Notes: generated by a model from the sequence alone, not told the origin. Positions 9,281-22,500 are shown, counted from the stretch's first letter. The stretch is DNA of 32,597 bases from Octopus bimaculoides (GCF_001194135.2 NC_068986.1:65061667-65094263), one strand, 5' to 3'. Program-made: numbers and translations.

Positions 9281-12200
9281 CATATCGATTTAGTTATTAC
9301 CTCCATGTGTATCTCAGCTGATCAAATTATGACTAAACACTTATCTATAACAACGACTGCTAACCTTTATGTTTGATCAGTGTTCTCTGTGTATCATAAT
9401 TTCTGTTTGATTTTTCCTTTTGTTCGTAATGAACGTTAATGAGATTAACACATTCTAAGACTGTTAAAATGCTTTAATAAACCTTCGTTTGATGTTTAAA
9501 TTTCATTCACTTTTCACTAAGGTTTTAGAAGCTTTGAGTGCTTTTCAATGTTTAGTACTGTGATGACGATTTTAATGTCTTCATAGGTAACGACTGCAGG
9601 CCACATCGTTTACATTCTAGCATTTTATAAAAAGTATTTTTGTTTCTTTTCTATCTTCTTTTTCTATCACCTTTTTTCTCTCTCTTCTTCTCTTTTACTT
9701 TCTGCTGTAGAAAATGTCTTGTAGCAGAGATTTCTGGGAAGGAAATACTTTTAAGTATTTTCGGGTTCTAACATTTCCATATGAAAGTATCGGCTACATA
9801 AGATCAAATGGACTCACTTATCAGCTAACGGTATAGTCGAGACAATTACGGATCCTTTATACAAATGTTTGACCTACTAGAAATACCAACCAAAGCTCCC
9901 ACAAACCAGATTTAAGAAAGGAAGGGCGCATTCGATAATATTGTCCAAAGAAAGCAGAATGATCATAGTTGGGGCAGAGGTCTGCTCGATAAGGCCAAAC
10001 TTGGGGTAAAACAACAGCGGTAAGAACTAAGGAAGAGTCAACGCAACGGAAGAACTTTTAAACAAAAATATCAGCCAAATTTCGCAAACATCACAACCTA
10101 TTATCTTAAAAGATAAGACGCTAGGTGCATGTTATGTATGTTACGTTTAAAAATAATAAAGAAAAGGATCGCTACAGCTGAAGCATCTTTGATTATAGTT
10201 TTGCTCCATTAAGGGTGTCCAGGTAGGTGGGGTAAATAACAACAAAAACATCAACAATAACGACAACTAAAGTTAAAGTAACAGGGAACCAAGATAATAT
10301 CTTGTCCAGTATATTCGAAGAAGTTAGTAGCTGGATATCTATTACAATAAAGTCCTAACGATAAATTCCTGTGGTATAAAAAATTTTGTCATGCTGTTGA
10401 AAGGAGATAGTAAACATGTATGAGCTAAAGTGAGAAAGGAGGAGAGGGAGCGAGAACGAGATAGAGATAGAGAGGGGGAGAGGGAGAGAGAGAGATTCTA
10501 ACGAACACTACTGGCAATGGACACACACGCACGCGCATATGGTCAATATTGGCGCGCACACAGACGACAATATGCTGGTGAGAGAGTGGTGGGTATATGG
10601 ATATATCTGCACACCATTAGCGTTGGTATGTGTGGTGGTATGTATGTGCATATGTACATGTGCTAGTAGTGGTTGTTTTACTTTCTCTCTTCCACCACTT
10701 ACCTGCCAATTTAACGCATGCGTCTGAGAGCAAGACATTGTCGTGAAGATTGAACATGTATCTATCTATTATATTGAAAATATTTATTGATGATTATTAA
10801 AAACTGTATTCTTAAATTTCTTCATAAAATGTGTGTAACGGTATATCGTAGATACTCAGTACATTAACAACTGTGTTTCTTACTTCGTAAAAGATGTGTA
10901 ATGGCGTATCTTGGATATGGATGCCCCCAACTATATAACATCAATTGCTTTTTAAATTATTTTATTACCGAAAGAGAGTTTGGTGTGCTACGGCGGACAA
11001 TGATAACAGAGCACGACAGTGAGAATTTAATCGGTTGAGGTAGAGAATATATAAAGAAATATTGGGGAAAGGGCAAAGAGAAGAAATAAGAATTAGGAAT
11101 AAGGAGACGAGAATCTGGGACGGCGAGAAGTATTAAATCATGAAAAAACAGAATGATATTAATGCAAAAAGATGGAGCAAGGCGGTGTCGTTTGACGAAC
11201 GACGAACGACAAGACTCAACCTTATAGAAAAAAAAAAAATGAGGAATGTTAATCAAGAAAGAGAAAATTTATATGAACGATGGTGATAGGCAAAATACGT
11301 TGCACCAACTAGACTGAGGAAACAGGCGAGGAAAGAAACAATGATAGAAGCGAATAAGCAATTTTTTTTAGAAATTAATTTAAAGATTATGAAGGAAGTA
11401 ACGGGATACTTTTACAGAGCTGGGTGGTGTTATGGCTGACACTGTACCATAAACTTGGCCAAGGAATTTCCACAGGTATTGATAGTTTTATTAATATTAA
11501 TATTTGTAAGCTCTATGTTGTATAATTCTTATAGGAAAGTAGAATATATACGTATTTTCTGCCTAGTAGGAATAGTAAATAGATCTAAAAGTCACATAAA
11601 CCTCGATGGTTTTTAACGGTTAGATTTTCACTCTAATTTCATGACATTAAAAAATAAAATTCCTCACAGAATTCCCCACGCTGATCTACCATAGGTAACA
11701 TTCCATGATAATGATTTGGTACATATTTCTTAATAAAAGGATGAACGGAAATGTTTTTCTTGTTTGCCCTATATTAGTTCTGATTAAACTCTACAGTCAA
11801 TGGCAGTGATAATGAACGCACCGTCTATTGTTATATTTTTCAGATAAAATTTATCTAGGAAGATATTATCCAATGAGTCTTTTTGAAGGTAGGCGTTGAT
11901 TTAAAAATAAAAGGATAAAAAATTCTTTCTAGCAAAATGATTGACTGTACAAAACAACGGTTTTTGTTTTTAATAATTGGTAAATTGGCCACAAATAAGA
12001 TAAAGCAGACTACTGTTAAACGTATCCTTCTTCATGCCTAAAAGGTTTTTGGTCAACCCTCTGATTAGTAACACAGTCGCACTAACTTGATACTGACTGA
12101 GCACCCTACCAGTTTTAATACCGAGAGCATATAGCAAAAAAATAAAAACTTGGAAGACTGCATAAGTTCTTTACTTTTTAATTAAAGGATATATGCAACC

Positions 12201-12978
12201 TTATCATTTTACAAATTCATTGGTATACAGCTTATATTAAACTAGTATTTTGTTCTTAAAGTTTAAAACGTTTCTTTCTCATCGAGGCTTTAGTAGACTC
12301 AAATTTCAATTCGATCTCAATATAACACGCGAAGGCCTTCAACTCATGGCTTAGTGGTTCATTTGCTGGTTCAAATTTTCTCTACTATTCAAATACTAAT
12401 CGAAAGTCCTACAGAAAATTTGAACACAAAACCTATGATGTGATAGATAGATATCAAATCAACTCGTTTTATCCAATATCGTAAGAGAAGTGATATAAGT
12501 TTCATCCCAACAAAGGCAGATAAAAGACATTCAAAAGCTGATTCAAAGAATGATTCTACTGCCGTTGTTTTACTCGCCTGCGATAATGTGTATCCTGCAA
12601 TAAAATCTAATGAAATAATATGGTAAAACAATATACTTCATTTTGTGAGATATTTGTGTGCAGTACGATAGTTTTATGCAAATAAATGCTGCTGCATACA
12701 GAATGATCTGAGGTGGCTACATATAAATATTTATGCCTTAAGACATGCATCTTTTCATGCATTGTTGCAAGTCTAGATGTATGTTGCATCTATCATTATT
12801 TTTCTTTCTCTGCATTATACATTTGTTGCATTGCAAGTCATGTATTGTGCACTTTGTGTGGTCCCCAAGTATTTGCAACAGAGTATGCATATATCTGCAT
12901 AAAAGTACATTTATATAATGTACATTTACATATACACCCATGCGCCTGTGTATAAAATATAATTAGATAAATATAAAT

Positions 12979-12979
<1 letters not shown>

Positions 12980-13032
<53 letters not shown>

Positions 13033-13167
13033 GTATATGTACATAAATACACACACACACATATATATATATTCATATATATACATATATATATATGCAT
13101 AACTATTATGTAATGTAGTCATGTATAAGCAGACATGCTTATACACATGCACAGTCTTTAGACATTG

Positions 13168-13211
<44 letters not shown>

Positions 13212-13767
13212 TTACAGGGTTATGTTTGCACATATAACTACATATATCCACTTATATTGATATAAATTCTAGCATTTATGTATATGTGAATAATGTTTTT
13301 ATACAGACACACACACACGCGTACATATACATACATACATACATACATACATACATACATACATACATACGGGAACATAGATAACTGCATATGTGTGAAT
13401 GGGCGTAAGCTTGTACAAGTTTGTAGCTGTTTTGCAAACATCCAATATTTGTATAGGTGTATGCATATGTAAGTTTACAGACACACGCGCACACACACAC
13501 ATGTGTATATACATATGTGTGCGTGTGTGTAATTGCAGATAGACTAAGACTCATTTGCATCTACAAACAATTTTATATGCTTATTTACACGTTCACAGCA
13601 TAGTATCTTGGTCCATCAATTTATATATTGGCCTCATTATTCATTTCTTCATCTTTATCCACCATGACATTCACCCACCAACTCGTCGACCAAGCTCTTC
13701 CTTTATACATGTATGTATCTATTTATCTGTATCTATCTATCTGTCTGTCTATCTGTCTGTCTGTCTA

Positions 13768-13866
<99 letters not shown>

Positions 13867-13958
13867 GAGTATGTGTATGGGCGCTTGAACGCGCTTTTGT
13901 GCGCGAGTGTGAGTGCGTATGCATAAATGTGTTCAATTTATATGTATGTATATACATA

Positions 13959-14039
<81 letters not shown>

Positions 14040-14270
14040 ATGTATGTGCGTATGTATGTATCTATGTATGTATCTATGTATCTATGTATTATACATATTT
14101 CATATATATCATTTAGCTAAATACTTATGCATGTACACACACACATGTATATAAAAATACATACATTCATTCACACGTTACGCATATGCAGGCGCGCACA
14201 CATTCATTATACGGACGTGCACACACACATACACACATATACATACACACATGCATACATACATATATTA
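12980..14270. repeat. Dense field of compound microsatellites (CA, TA, TG, TACA, TCTA, TCTG, TC)
   Basis: Direct reading. This field explains the many overlapping low-complexity ORFs in the interval. Confidence 0.95.
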
Positions 14271-15189
14271 CAAGAACGAAAAAAAAGTTCTGTGAAATTT
14301 ATCATGGAAAAAAGAACGTATCTATATTTTAATCTAAATAACCTACTTGTTTCAATAACTTTAAAAAGGCTATTTATTCATGGCTATAATAGAAATGAAA
14401 AAGGCAACATACAGAACTGTTAGAAGCTACGACGTCTACTACTGCTGCCTCTGTTGAAAAGGAGGCGAAACACCTGCACCATGTGACTTATTTTAAGAAT
14501 AATATGTGAATTTCCGGAACTGATATTACGAATGATCAATATAATTTAATTTATTACAATTAATTTTCTCTTTTATTTCAGCTGGTTAAAGGGATTGAAA
14601 CCGATAGCAAATTTAGTTACAAATGCAAATCCTTTCATACAATTTTTCCATCATAAAGTTCTCAAAATATTTTCTTCTGTTTGTTCTTTTTTTAAAATAT
14701 GCATTTACTCGTGTGAAGTCTCTTACCCTTTACAATACATGCATCAACTTATACGTATAAATACTTATTATTTATTTGCATATGCATACATATACATTAC
14801 TATATACGTATGTATGTATAGTCCATTTCGTTCGAGCTTTATTTCCTATGTACGCATGGATACCATGTCCTATCCGCTTTGAACATGAAATGTAAGGAAA
14901 TGGAGAAGTAGTACAAGGAAACAGCGGTGGTGGGGTATGTGAAACAAGAAAGAGTGGGGAATTATATTTGTGATTATCATTCTATTACTGTTTATCTGTT
15001 GTCAGATATGAGATAATGAATGACATTGTGAGACATTATTAGTCTATATATTAGTCTGTATTTACAGCAATTATGCCAATGGGTACATTCTTCCAATGTG
15101 GTGCCCGAAAACATTCGTAGTTATTATACCTTGTTCGTAAACTGTTTATAACTGAACAGATGATACAACCAACGCGTTTCGTATTTCAT

Positions 15190-15290
15190 TGAGCCGGGGA
15201 GATTTGAATTTAGACTATAAAAGGATCCTGCCGAGATACGGTAAGATTTAAGTTTCCGACGCTCTAACGATTCCTCAAAATCCATTTTAT
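15190..15290 (-). mobile_element. Degenerate head of tRNA-derived SINE family B
   Basis: Minus strand GGAATCGTTAGAGCGTCGGAAA...TAAATTCAAAT resembles GCAGAATCGTTAGCACGCCGGGCGAAA...GAGTTCAAAT at 30153-30226. Confidence 0.45.
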
Positions 15291-15882
15291 GTTTTTATAG
15301 GATTCGGTGCTATCCAGATGGATCAAATTTAAGATGATTAGAATCAAGCGCTGATTGAATATATCTTCAGCTACTACATAGAAACTATGCAGTGGATAAA
15401 AAAATAAAATGACTGACATATGGCTAAATATTTGATCATAGCTTTCTAAAATGTTCGTTGTAAATACTTCACTGCAGCACTAGGCAGACTAGACTAATCT
15501 GATGATGTCATCTTGTACAGATGGTCAATCAATATGAGAAATGCGAGTATGTGTGCATGCGCATTTGAATGTGAGCCTTTGTGTATGTATGTGTATATGT
15601 GTAGTAATAGTAGTATTTTAGTATCGAACAAAAGCATTCCAAGTAAGATCATCACTTTTCATTTAAACACAAAGTATCTGTGTTGGATAACATTTGCATT
15701 ATTCAACATGTACCTTCTTATGAGAGTAGAGTATGATTTAAATGATGTTTAACTGCGACTTTTAGCAGGTGAAGTGGTCATACAGAGGCATCTAAGTTGT
15801 GTCTGTGAGGTGTGTGTCTGTGTGTATGTGCGTGTATGTATGTGTGTATGTATGTGTGTGTGTCCATATATGTGTGTGTGAC

Positions 15883-16700
15883 TATATGGAGGTTGCGTAA
15901 GGTATTTGAGGACATTCATTTTTGGGGTCATTGCTGCATTTTTTGCTGACTTTGTATAATCTTTCTATCAGAAAATAATAATGGCAGACCCTCAGCTCAC
16001 TCAAGAAATGAAAAGGCGTGCTGTTATTGTAGTTATAAAAGCTGAGCATAGCAATTTAGAAATATCTTGATGCTTAAAAGTTGCCAGATCTTTCGTCTAC
16101 AAAATTTGCAAGGAACTAGATACTGAAGACGGAAATGTATCATTAGTATCAAAGCATAAAAAGCATTATAACCGCTGTGAAATCATCAGAACACCTGAAT
16201 TTATCCAGCAAGTTCAACAGACCATTGATTGCAATCCCAGAAAGTCCATGAGGTCAATTGTAAAAGTTCTCCACGTGACAGACGGAACAGTCAGAAATGT
16301 TGTCCACAAAGACATCAGATATACATACGTCTTATATGATGAAGAAAGGTCAATTTGTCAGAAAAGGCAAAAGAAAATCACTACATCAGACCTATAAACA
16401 AACTGAAAAATCGAGCAAAAGATTTGATTTTGCTTTTTTCAAACGAGAAAAACTTCGACCAAGATCAAAAATTTAACAGAAGAAATGACAAATGGTTATG
16501 TGCAAACCCTTCTGAATTTCCAAGTTTTATGCATACAAAATTTCCTGCAACTGTCATGGTTTTAGGGGTTGTCAGCAATGAAGGATTTTGTGATGCTTCC
16601 TAACTTCTTTCCACAAGGCCTTAGAATTAACTTTGCCGACTACATTGAGGTCCTGGAAATAATTGTTAATCCCTAGATAGACAGTGTATTCAGCGGAAAC
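15883..16700 (+). mobile_element. IS630/Tc1/mariner transposase relic, most like DD37D (maT); 3' part missing
   Basis: ATG at 15981 gives MADPQLTQEMKRRAVIV..SNLEIS*CLKVARSFVYKI (HTH-like), RTPEFIQQVQQTIDCNPRKSMRSIVKVLHV, FSNEKNFDQDQKFNRRNDKWL (first catalytic D changed to N), HTKFPATVMVLGVVSNEG and FFPQGLRIN..YIEVLE. Contains stops and frameshifts, and no right TIR is seen. Confidence 0.85.
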
Positions 16701-16809
16701 AAACCACCAACTTTAGTAAATTACGTTGCCATCTTGTCAGGTTTACGAAAGACACTGTTCAGAATCAGAATTCTGCTTGCTAACGAGTAGCCAGAAGAGC
16801 TACTTGTAG

Positions 16810-16842
<33 letters not shown>

Positions 16843-17208
16843 ATGTAAACACTCATGGTGTCTAAATTTACAACTGCTTCCGTAGAATATTATTTAATGC
16901 ACTCAAAAAAGGTGATATGTAACCCACCATCATCAGATAAAATTTTCAACAGCTAAAGTTTTAAACATCGACCCGGACATAGGCAACGATTGCTGGGCTA
17001 CTGATGCATTTGCGTTTACTTTTTATACGAACGCCACACCGACGATCTACTAACGAGTCGGATTAATAGTTATACATCGCAGTTGGTACTTTCGAATCTA
17101 CGATATCTTATCAATGCTTGATGTCTTCAATGTTGTTTATTTCACTGAAAGCACGGTTTTCGTACCTTACCTAGCTATATCTGGCGCCCTACGAGTTGAT
17201 AAGTGTGT

Positions 17209-17247
<39 letters not shown>

Positions 17248-17297
17248 AGTGTGTGTGTATATGTGCGTGTGTGTGTTTATGTGTGCGTGTGTGTGTA

Positions 17298-18555
17298 TTG
17301 GGTTATCCCATAAATAATGCGTTTTTTTATATTTTTTTATTTTTCAAATTAAGATAAAGTTATTTTTTAATCTAGAATATACTATCCTTCATTTTCTACA
17401 ATGCTCATCCATCTATCAGGTAGACTTGCAAGGCCCCGCTTCCAAAATTCCCCTGTCCTTCACGAAAAATACTCCTCCAGTACTATTCTGAACTCCACTA
17501 CAGAATTCATATATTTTCCGTCCAAATGATTTTGAAGACTGCGGATTAAATGATAATCAGATGGGGCTGTGTCCGGCGAATATGGTGGGTGGGGCATCGC
17601 TTCCCATTCATGCTGCTCCAACCTTTGGAATGTGAACTTTGTTATATGGGGCCGAGCATTATTCTGATAGAAGAACACCTTTCGTATTGAAATCAATGAT
17701 GATCGTTTTTTTTAGCGCTGACTTAATCCGCTCAAGTATCTCGCAGTTGATCTCGTTTGTTTTCATTTGGTTTGGGTTCAAAAGTTCAAAGTAGACTAAA
17801 CTTTTCATATCCCACCAAGCAGATAACAACAACTTACGTGGGTGAAAACCTTTTTTAGCCTGGAGTGCCGGTGTTTCTCTTTTCTCATCCCATTGTCTCC
17901 GGCGCTTGACATTTTTATAGAGAACTCATCTCTCGTCACCAGTCACTATTCGGTCCAAAAAAGTTTCATCCCTGAGACGTGACAGCAAAGAGCACACATA
18001 CACTCTCTGCATGCGATGAGAAACCCATTTACCTAATTTGCTAACTTTTCCGATTCCACGCAGGTGTCAATGAATGGTTGAATGACCAAATCCAAGCTTC
18101 TCTGCTAGTTCCTCAACAGCTACAATGGGATTTTGTTCAACCAGGATTTGTAGGACGTCCACGTCGAGTTCTCCAGGCCTTCCAGGACAAGACTTGTCTT
18201 CTATGCTGTAGTTTCCGGCTCGGAATTTCTGGAACCACTGTTGACACTAGCTTACGCTTATTGTCCGATCCCCATAAACTGCATTTATATTCCTCGCACT
18301 TTCCGTGGCATTGTTGCTTTTATTGAACTAATAAAGCAATATATGCTGAATATGCTCCTTTGTCATTTCCATAATAACTATGAAAGAATAACTGTTAAAA
18401 TCGAATAGCTCTCTTCAAAATTTCCACTAAGAATAAATACAAGGTAAAATTACCACCTGCTTTTATAGCAAGTTGATGCAGGTAGATTATCCCGTCCCCC
18501 TCCGACTTTTGGTTCATGAAATTGAAAAGTCTGCATTATTTATGAGATGACCCAA
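17298..18555 (-). mobile_element. Full-length (1258 bp) non-functional mariner (DD34D) element with TIRs and TA target-site duplication
   Basis: 23-bp TIRs TTGGGTTATCCCATAAATAATGC (17298-17320) and GCATTATTTATGAGATGACCCAA (18533-18555) differ at 2 positions. TA lies at 17296-17297 and 18556-18557. Confidence 0.93.
17368..18372 (-). pseudogene. Mariner transposase pseudogene
   Basis: Reads MEMTKEHIQHILLY*..NNATESARNINAVY..WFQKFRAGNYSIED..GRP..VEELAEKLG..TIHRHL..FLDRIVTGDERW..QNNARPH..PHPPYSPDTAPSDYHL..YILD*. Has multiple stops and frameshifts, and the second catalytic D is changed to N. Confidence 0.92.
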
Positions 18556-18607
18556 TACATACATACATACATACATACATACATACATACATACATACAT
18601 ACATACA
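18556..18607. repeat. (TACA)n microsatellite
   Basis: Direct reading. Confidence 0.97.
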
Positions 18608-18623
18608 TGTATACAAACATATA

Positions 18624-19075
18624 TAAGCTCTATTCTCTGCAACGCCGCCGTGAGCGATACATCATTTGCACCATGTGGAAAATATTCCACCAATATTATC
18701 CAAATGATATTGGAATTATGTTTACAATTCACCCAAGACTAGACCTCCGTGCAGTGCGTCCCCTACAAAGGTCGCGATCACATCACATAAGAACATTGCG
18801 ACACAATTTCTTCACTGCAAATGGTCTTGCACTTTTCAATGTTATTCCAAAAGAAATTAAAATAGAAAAAGACCCCACAACTTTCAGACGGTACCTGGAC
18901 AAATTCCTCCAGGGAATACCGGATAAACCACCTACACCTGGATATGTTTCAACCAACAACAACTCTGCTAGAGTGGTCCATGGTGTCCCGAAATAATTAA
19001 CTAAAAGACTTTTCCAGGTGGTGCTATTGATCTAGTCATGATCTGGGCCGATAATGGCCGAAACCAATCTGAATT
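18624..19075 (+). mobile_element. CR1/L2-group LINE 3' fragment (ORF2 C-terminus and 3' UTR)
   Basis: Open frame to 18996 reads LYSLQRRRERYIICTMWKI...LFNVIPKEIK...FRRYLDKFLQGIPDKPPTPGY..NNNS, typical of the CR1-group ORF2 tail. Followed by (TA)n. Confidence 0.85.
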
Positions 19076-19082
19076 ATCTAAG

Positions 19083-19114
<32 letters not shown>

Positions 19115-19117
<3 letters not shown>

Positions 19118-19307
19118 GATTGACCGTTGACTGAACACTATTCAATTTTTTTTCTCCGTGTTTTTCTCCTTGTCTCCGTATTCTTTCTGTTGAAGAGCGT
19201 AGCTCGAAACGTCAAAGACTTTCCGTATTCCCGAGCGTCATACTAATATATACTTTTGTTATTTACACCACCTGTCCTCGTCTGTTGTTATTTTTTTGTA
19301 TATTCTC

Positions 19308-19310
<3 letters not shown>
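19115..19310 (+). mobile_element. Penelope-like terminal repeat family P, copy 2
   Basis: Reverse-complement homolog of 3359-3563 and 25914-26109, ending in (TA)n. Confidence 0.7.
19182..19218 (+). ncRNA. Hammerhead-like motif, CUGUUGAA core variant, GUC triplet
   Basis: TCTTT(19182-86)-CTGTTGAA-GAGC-GTA-GCTC-GAAAC-GTC(19211-13)-AAAGA(19214-18). Confidence 0.55.
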
Positions 19311-19345
<35 letters not shown>

Positions 19346-19694
19346 GGACATGCATACATACGTACATGCACACGCACACACACACGCACACACACACATA
19401 TATATATATATCATATATACTATGTGTGTGTATGTGTGTGTCTAACTGATAAACAGAAATAATGGGTTATATACATTTACGCATCGTCTGTACGGTATTT
19501 CACCTTACGAGATTTACTGCAGCCTTCAGATGATATTACAGCAGTTTTCATTTTCTCAAAAATGTCGAAAATGCAGGAACCTCCAGAAGGAAACAAATGA
19601 AGGTAACGTTCCATTTGTTTCGTCTGTCTGTATGTATGTATGTATGTATGTATGTATGTATGTATATATGTATGTATGTATGTGTGTATGTATG

Positions 19695-20025
19695 TGTTGT
19701 ATCGCCAATTGTCATGACGATACTTATTTACACTATGACCGTATAGTAACAATAAAACATTACGAAGCAAGGTAACAACATAACAATGTATAAACTCTCC
19801 ACGAACCAACAAACGATATTCCGTCAAACTACCAAAACGACACCCTACGATTTCCTGCGATTAACGCCCATTTTGTCCGGCCTTTCACCGCCACTATTTA
19901 TAGTCGTTCGGTCAAGTCTATTCTCGCAGCGGCTGTCGTGACTCTCGCCTAAATAACTCCGCTTTGAGCTTTCGACTTCCGTAGGAAACGAAATTTATCT
20001 TTTTCTTTTCTCTTTCTTTCCAACA
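19695..20025 (-). repeat. Gypsy 3' LTR (331 bp)
   Basis: On the minus strand it starts TGTTG (20025) directly after the PPT and ends CAACA (19695), giving TG...CA ends with a 5-bp terminal inverted repeat. Internal TATAAATA lies at 19902-19895. Confidence 0.85.
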
Positions 20026-20038
20026 CCTCTCCCTTTTT
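20026..20038 (-). promoter_or_regulatory. Polypurine tract of the Gypsy element
   Basis: Minus-strand AAAAAGGGAGAGG abuts the LTR TG, shortly after the pol stop. Confidence 0.85.
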
Positions 20039-20061
20039 GAAATCCTGCTTCCCTATGGAAT

Positions 20062-22500
20062 TCAGTACTTTTTCCGCTTAGGAATTATTTCTAAAGTTTC
20101 AGTGTGTTTACGCTTTTTGTTACTGCTTCTTCTAGGCTCAATCTCTTTCGGTGCTGGCACATCGAACATGTCGTAGAACACTTCCATTGGAATTTCCTCC
20201 CTTTCTTCTGTATGACTGATTTTTAATTGATTTAGGTGTCATTTATGTTCCCGCCGTTGGCCTTTTATCAAATATATCCTGTTTCCAACTCTCTTAGTCA
20301 CTGTACCATCCTGCCAACTCTCTTTACCGTTCTTGTATACTTTGAAATGGACTTTGTCTCCGACATCAAAATGTTTAGTTGAATTCTTTTGTATTTTCTA
20401 CATACGTTTTTCCTTTGGCAACAATTTGTCGAAGATCGATTTAATCTCTCAAGCGAACGTTAGCTCTGCAAGCGACTTGCCTGAACTGGTTTTCGGATTG
20501 GGCGTTATTCTGTACATTTAAGGATTTAGTTAGTGCTTTGTTATTTCCTAACTCGTTACTTGTTTATTTTAGCTCTCGTTTGAAAGTATCTACGAATCGT
20601 TCTGCTTGCCCATTTGACCTTGGGTGGTAGAACGGGATAAGCATATGCTTGATTGCATGCATTTTGCAGAATTTCTTGAACTCGTGTCCTGTAAATTGTG
20701 TTCCAATGTCCGATACTATCGAGCAAAAAGTTGGTGCAGGAACTTTATTGTTGCTTTAGAGGTAGGTTGAATGCACCTACATACGTCCAGCTACTTGGTC
20801 AAGCTATCAACAATGATCAAATAGTAGGCGCCATTCACTGGTCTAGCGCAGTCTATATGTACCCTGGGCCACGAACTATCCGTCTCATGCTACGTTTGGG
20901 ATTTCACCGGTGATGCCTTGGCTGCTAGCGCACAACCTCTACATGATTTTACAAAATTTTCGATGTCCCGGTCCATTGTCGGCCAATATACGTAAGTGCT
21001 GATCAAAGCTTTCATTCTTGACATCCCCGGGTGTCCACTATAAATTTCATATAATATTCTTTTCTGTAGTGCAGTTGGTACAACCACTCTTTGTGCGTAG
21101 ATTAATACATCGTCGTAGAGTAAAAAATGGTTCGCATTCGTATTTCTCTTTTGTTTATTTTTCAAGCTTTGCTTAATTTTTATGATGTAGTTGCCTTCCG
21201 ATGATTTACTTTTAATATCTTGCACAGCCACTGGCAACTCCTGAATGACATTACACATGACGTTTTTAATTTCCTTTTCTGATTGTAATGCGGCTTTCAC
21301 CATATCTTCCAGCGGTTTTGCTTTCTTCGGAATTAATCTAGATAAACAATCCGCATGGCCAATTTTCTTAGAAGGAATGTACCCCATCTTAAAGTTGTAA
21401 TTAAACAATATTGTACTCTAGCGTTGTAATCTGTTAGCTGAATGGGTAGGGATTCCTTTTTTCGATCCGAAAATTGATAGTAACGTCCGGTGGTCTGTCT
21501 GAAGCCGAAAACATCTACCGTGGAGAAATCTGTGAAATTTCTTCACGTCAGAAATAATCGCTAGAGCTTCTTTATCTGACTGTAGCTTTTCTCTGCTGCA
21601 ACCAGAGCACGTGTAGAATGAACCACCACCTTCATATTTGTGTAGCAAAACTGCTCCCACGACGTATTCAGAAACGTCAGAAGCTACAACAATCTCCACT
21701 GCAGGATCGAAATGACTAATTCCATTTGGCGTCTTTCTTTAGCAAATTATTAATGGATTTCTCAATTCATATATGTTTGGTATATAATATTGATAATAGT
21801 TCACTAGGTCAAGAGCAGATTGTAATACCGCTATGTCAGTTGCGGGGAGGCATATTTTTAATTGTGTCTGCCCTCGACAAGTCAGGTCGTCTTCCATTTC
21901 TATCTGTAATTTATCCCAACCATTTAATTTTGAAAAAATATTCTCTGGAGTAGGCAGTGGATAGTGGCACATATTTAGACAGTCGTTGAAACCAGTAGAA
22001 AAATCGGTACACACCTTGATTTTTTCTAATACACATAGTTGGTGCTGCCCACTTACAATAATCTACTTTTTGAATAATTTCTGTTTTCTCCAGTCTGACT
22101 AATTCTTCTTCTACCTGCTTTATCGCAGCAAATGATACCTTTTTATTAGGTTTGGATACAGGTACGACGTTTTCCTTTATTTGAAAATAGGCCTCAGTTT
22201 TAGAACGGAAACCTAATTTATCCGACAGCACTTAAGGAAACATGATTAAAAATGTTTTCTTCAATTCAGCTGCTGAGTTTTTTTCACTGGTGGGACAGCT
22301 ATTTTTTTTTTTACAGAAAAGACTTATGGGGAGGTCCCATAAGATAGATAACTCCAACCAGTCCATACCGAACAGATTGGTTGCGTTTTTTTTACCACGA
22401 AAACTTTTGCTCTACAGATTTTTCCCCGAACTGTGATATCACTCCACATTTCGCCTACGAAGTATAGTTTTTCCCCCTGTCACGCCTCGTGCCATTTTTG
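20062..22500 (-). pseudogene. Gypsy pol pseudogene (protease C-terminal half, RT with deleted YxDD palm, RNase H, integrase)
   Basis: PR: ARGVTG..GEMWSDITVRGK..NLFGMDW. RT: VEEELVRLE..WAAP..DFSTG..YPLPTPE. RH: VVASDVS..KEALAII..KKFHRFLHGR..TDH..ADCLSRL. IN: [41 protein letters not shown]. Many stops and frameshifts. Confidence 0.93.

Noticed and set aside
10980-11230. Purine-rich stretch with faint RTE ORF2-like words (EEIR, KRW)
   Set aside because: The motifs are not in a consistent frame or spacing.
12520-12610. STAVVLLACDNVYPAIK resembling the hAT dimerisation region
   Set aside because: Too short, and the downstream ERSFS-type motif is absent.
12607-14423. Numerous overlapping ORFs rich in Y/I/H/T/V/C/M
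   Set aside because: They are translations of CA/TA/TACA microsatellites with no domain content. The same applies at 5856-6732, 8959-9376 and 23306-24187.
16952-17055. Acceptor followed by KVLNIDPDIGNDCWATDAF...
   Set aside because: No recognisable homology and no donor before the in-frame stop.
19040-19070. GGCC-loop-GGCC-GAAAC at the CR1 3' end as a possible hammerhead
   Set aside because: There is no CUGANGA-like core upstream and no stem I.
19485-19545. Minus-strand CTGAAGG...GAAATACCGTA as a possible hammerhead
   Set aside because: Stem II does not pair and the core is mismatched.
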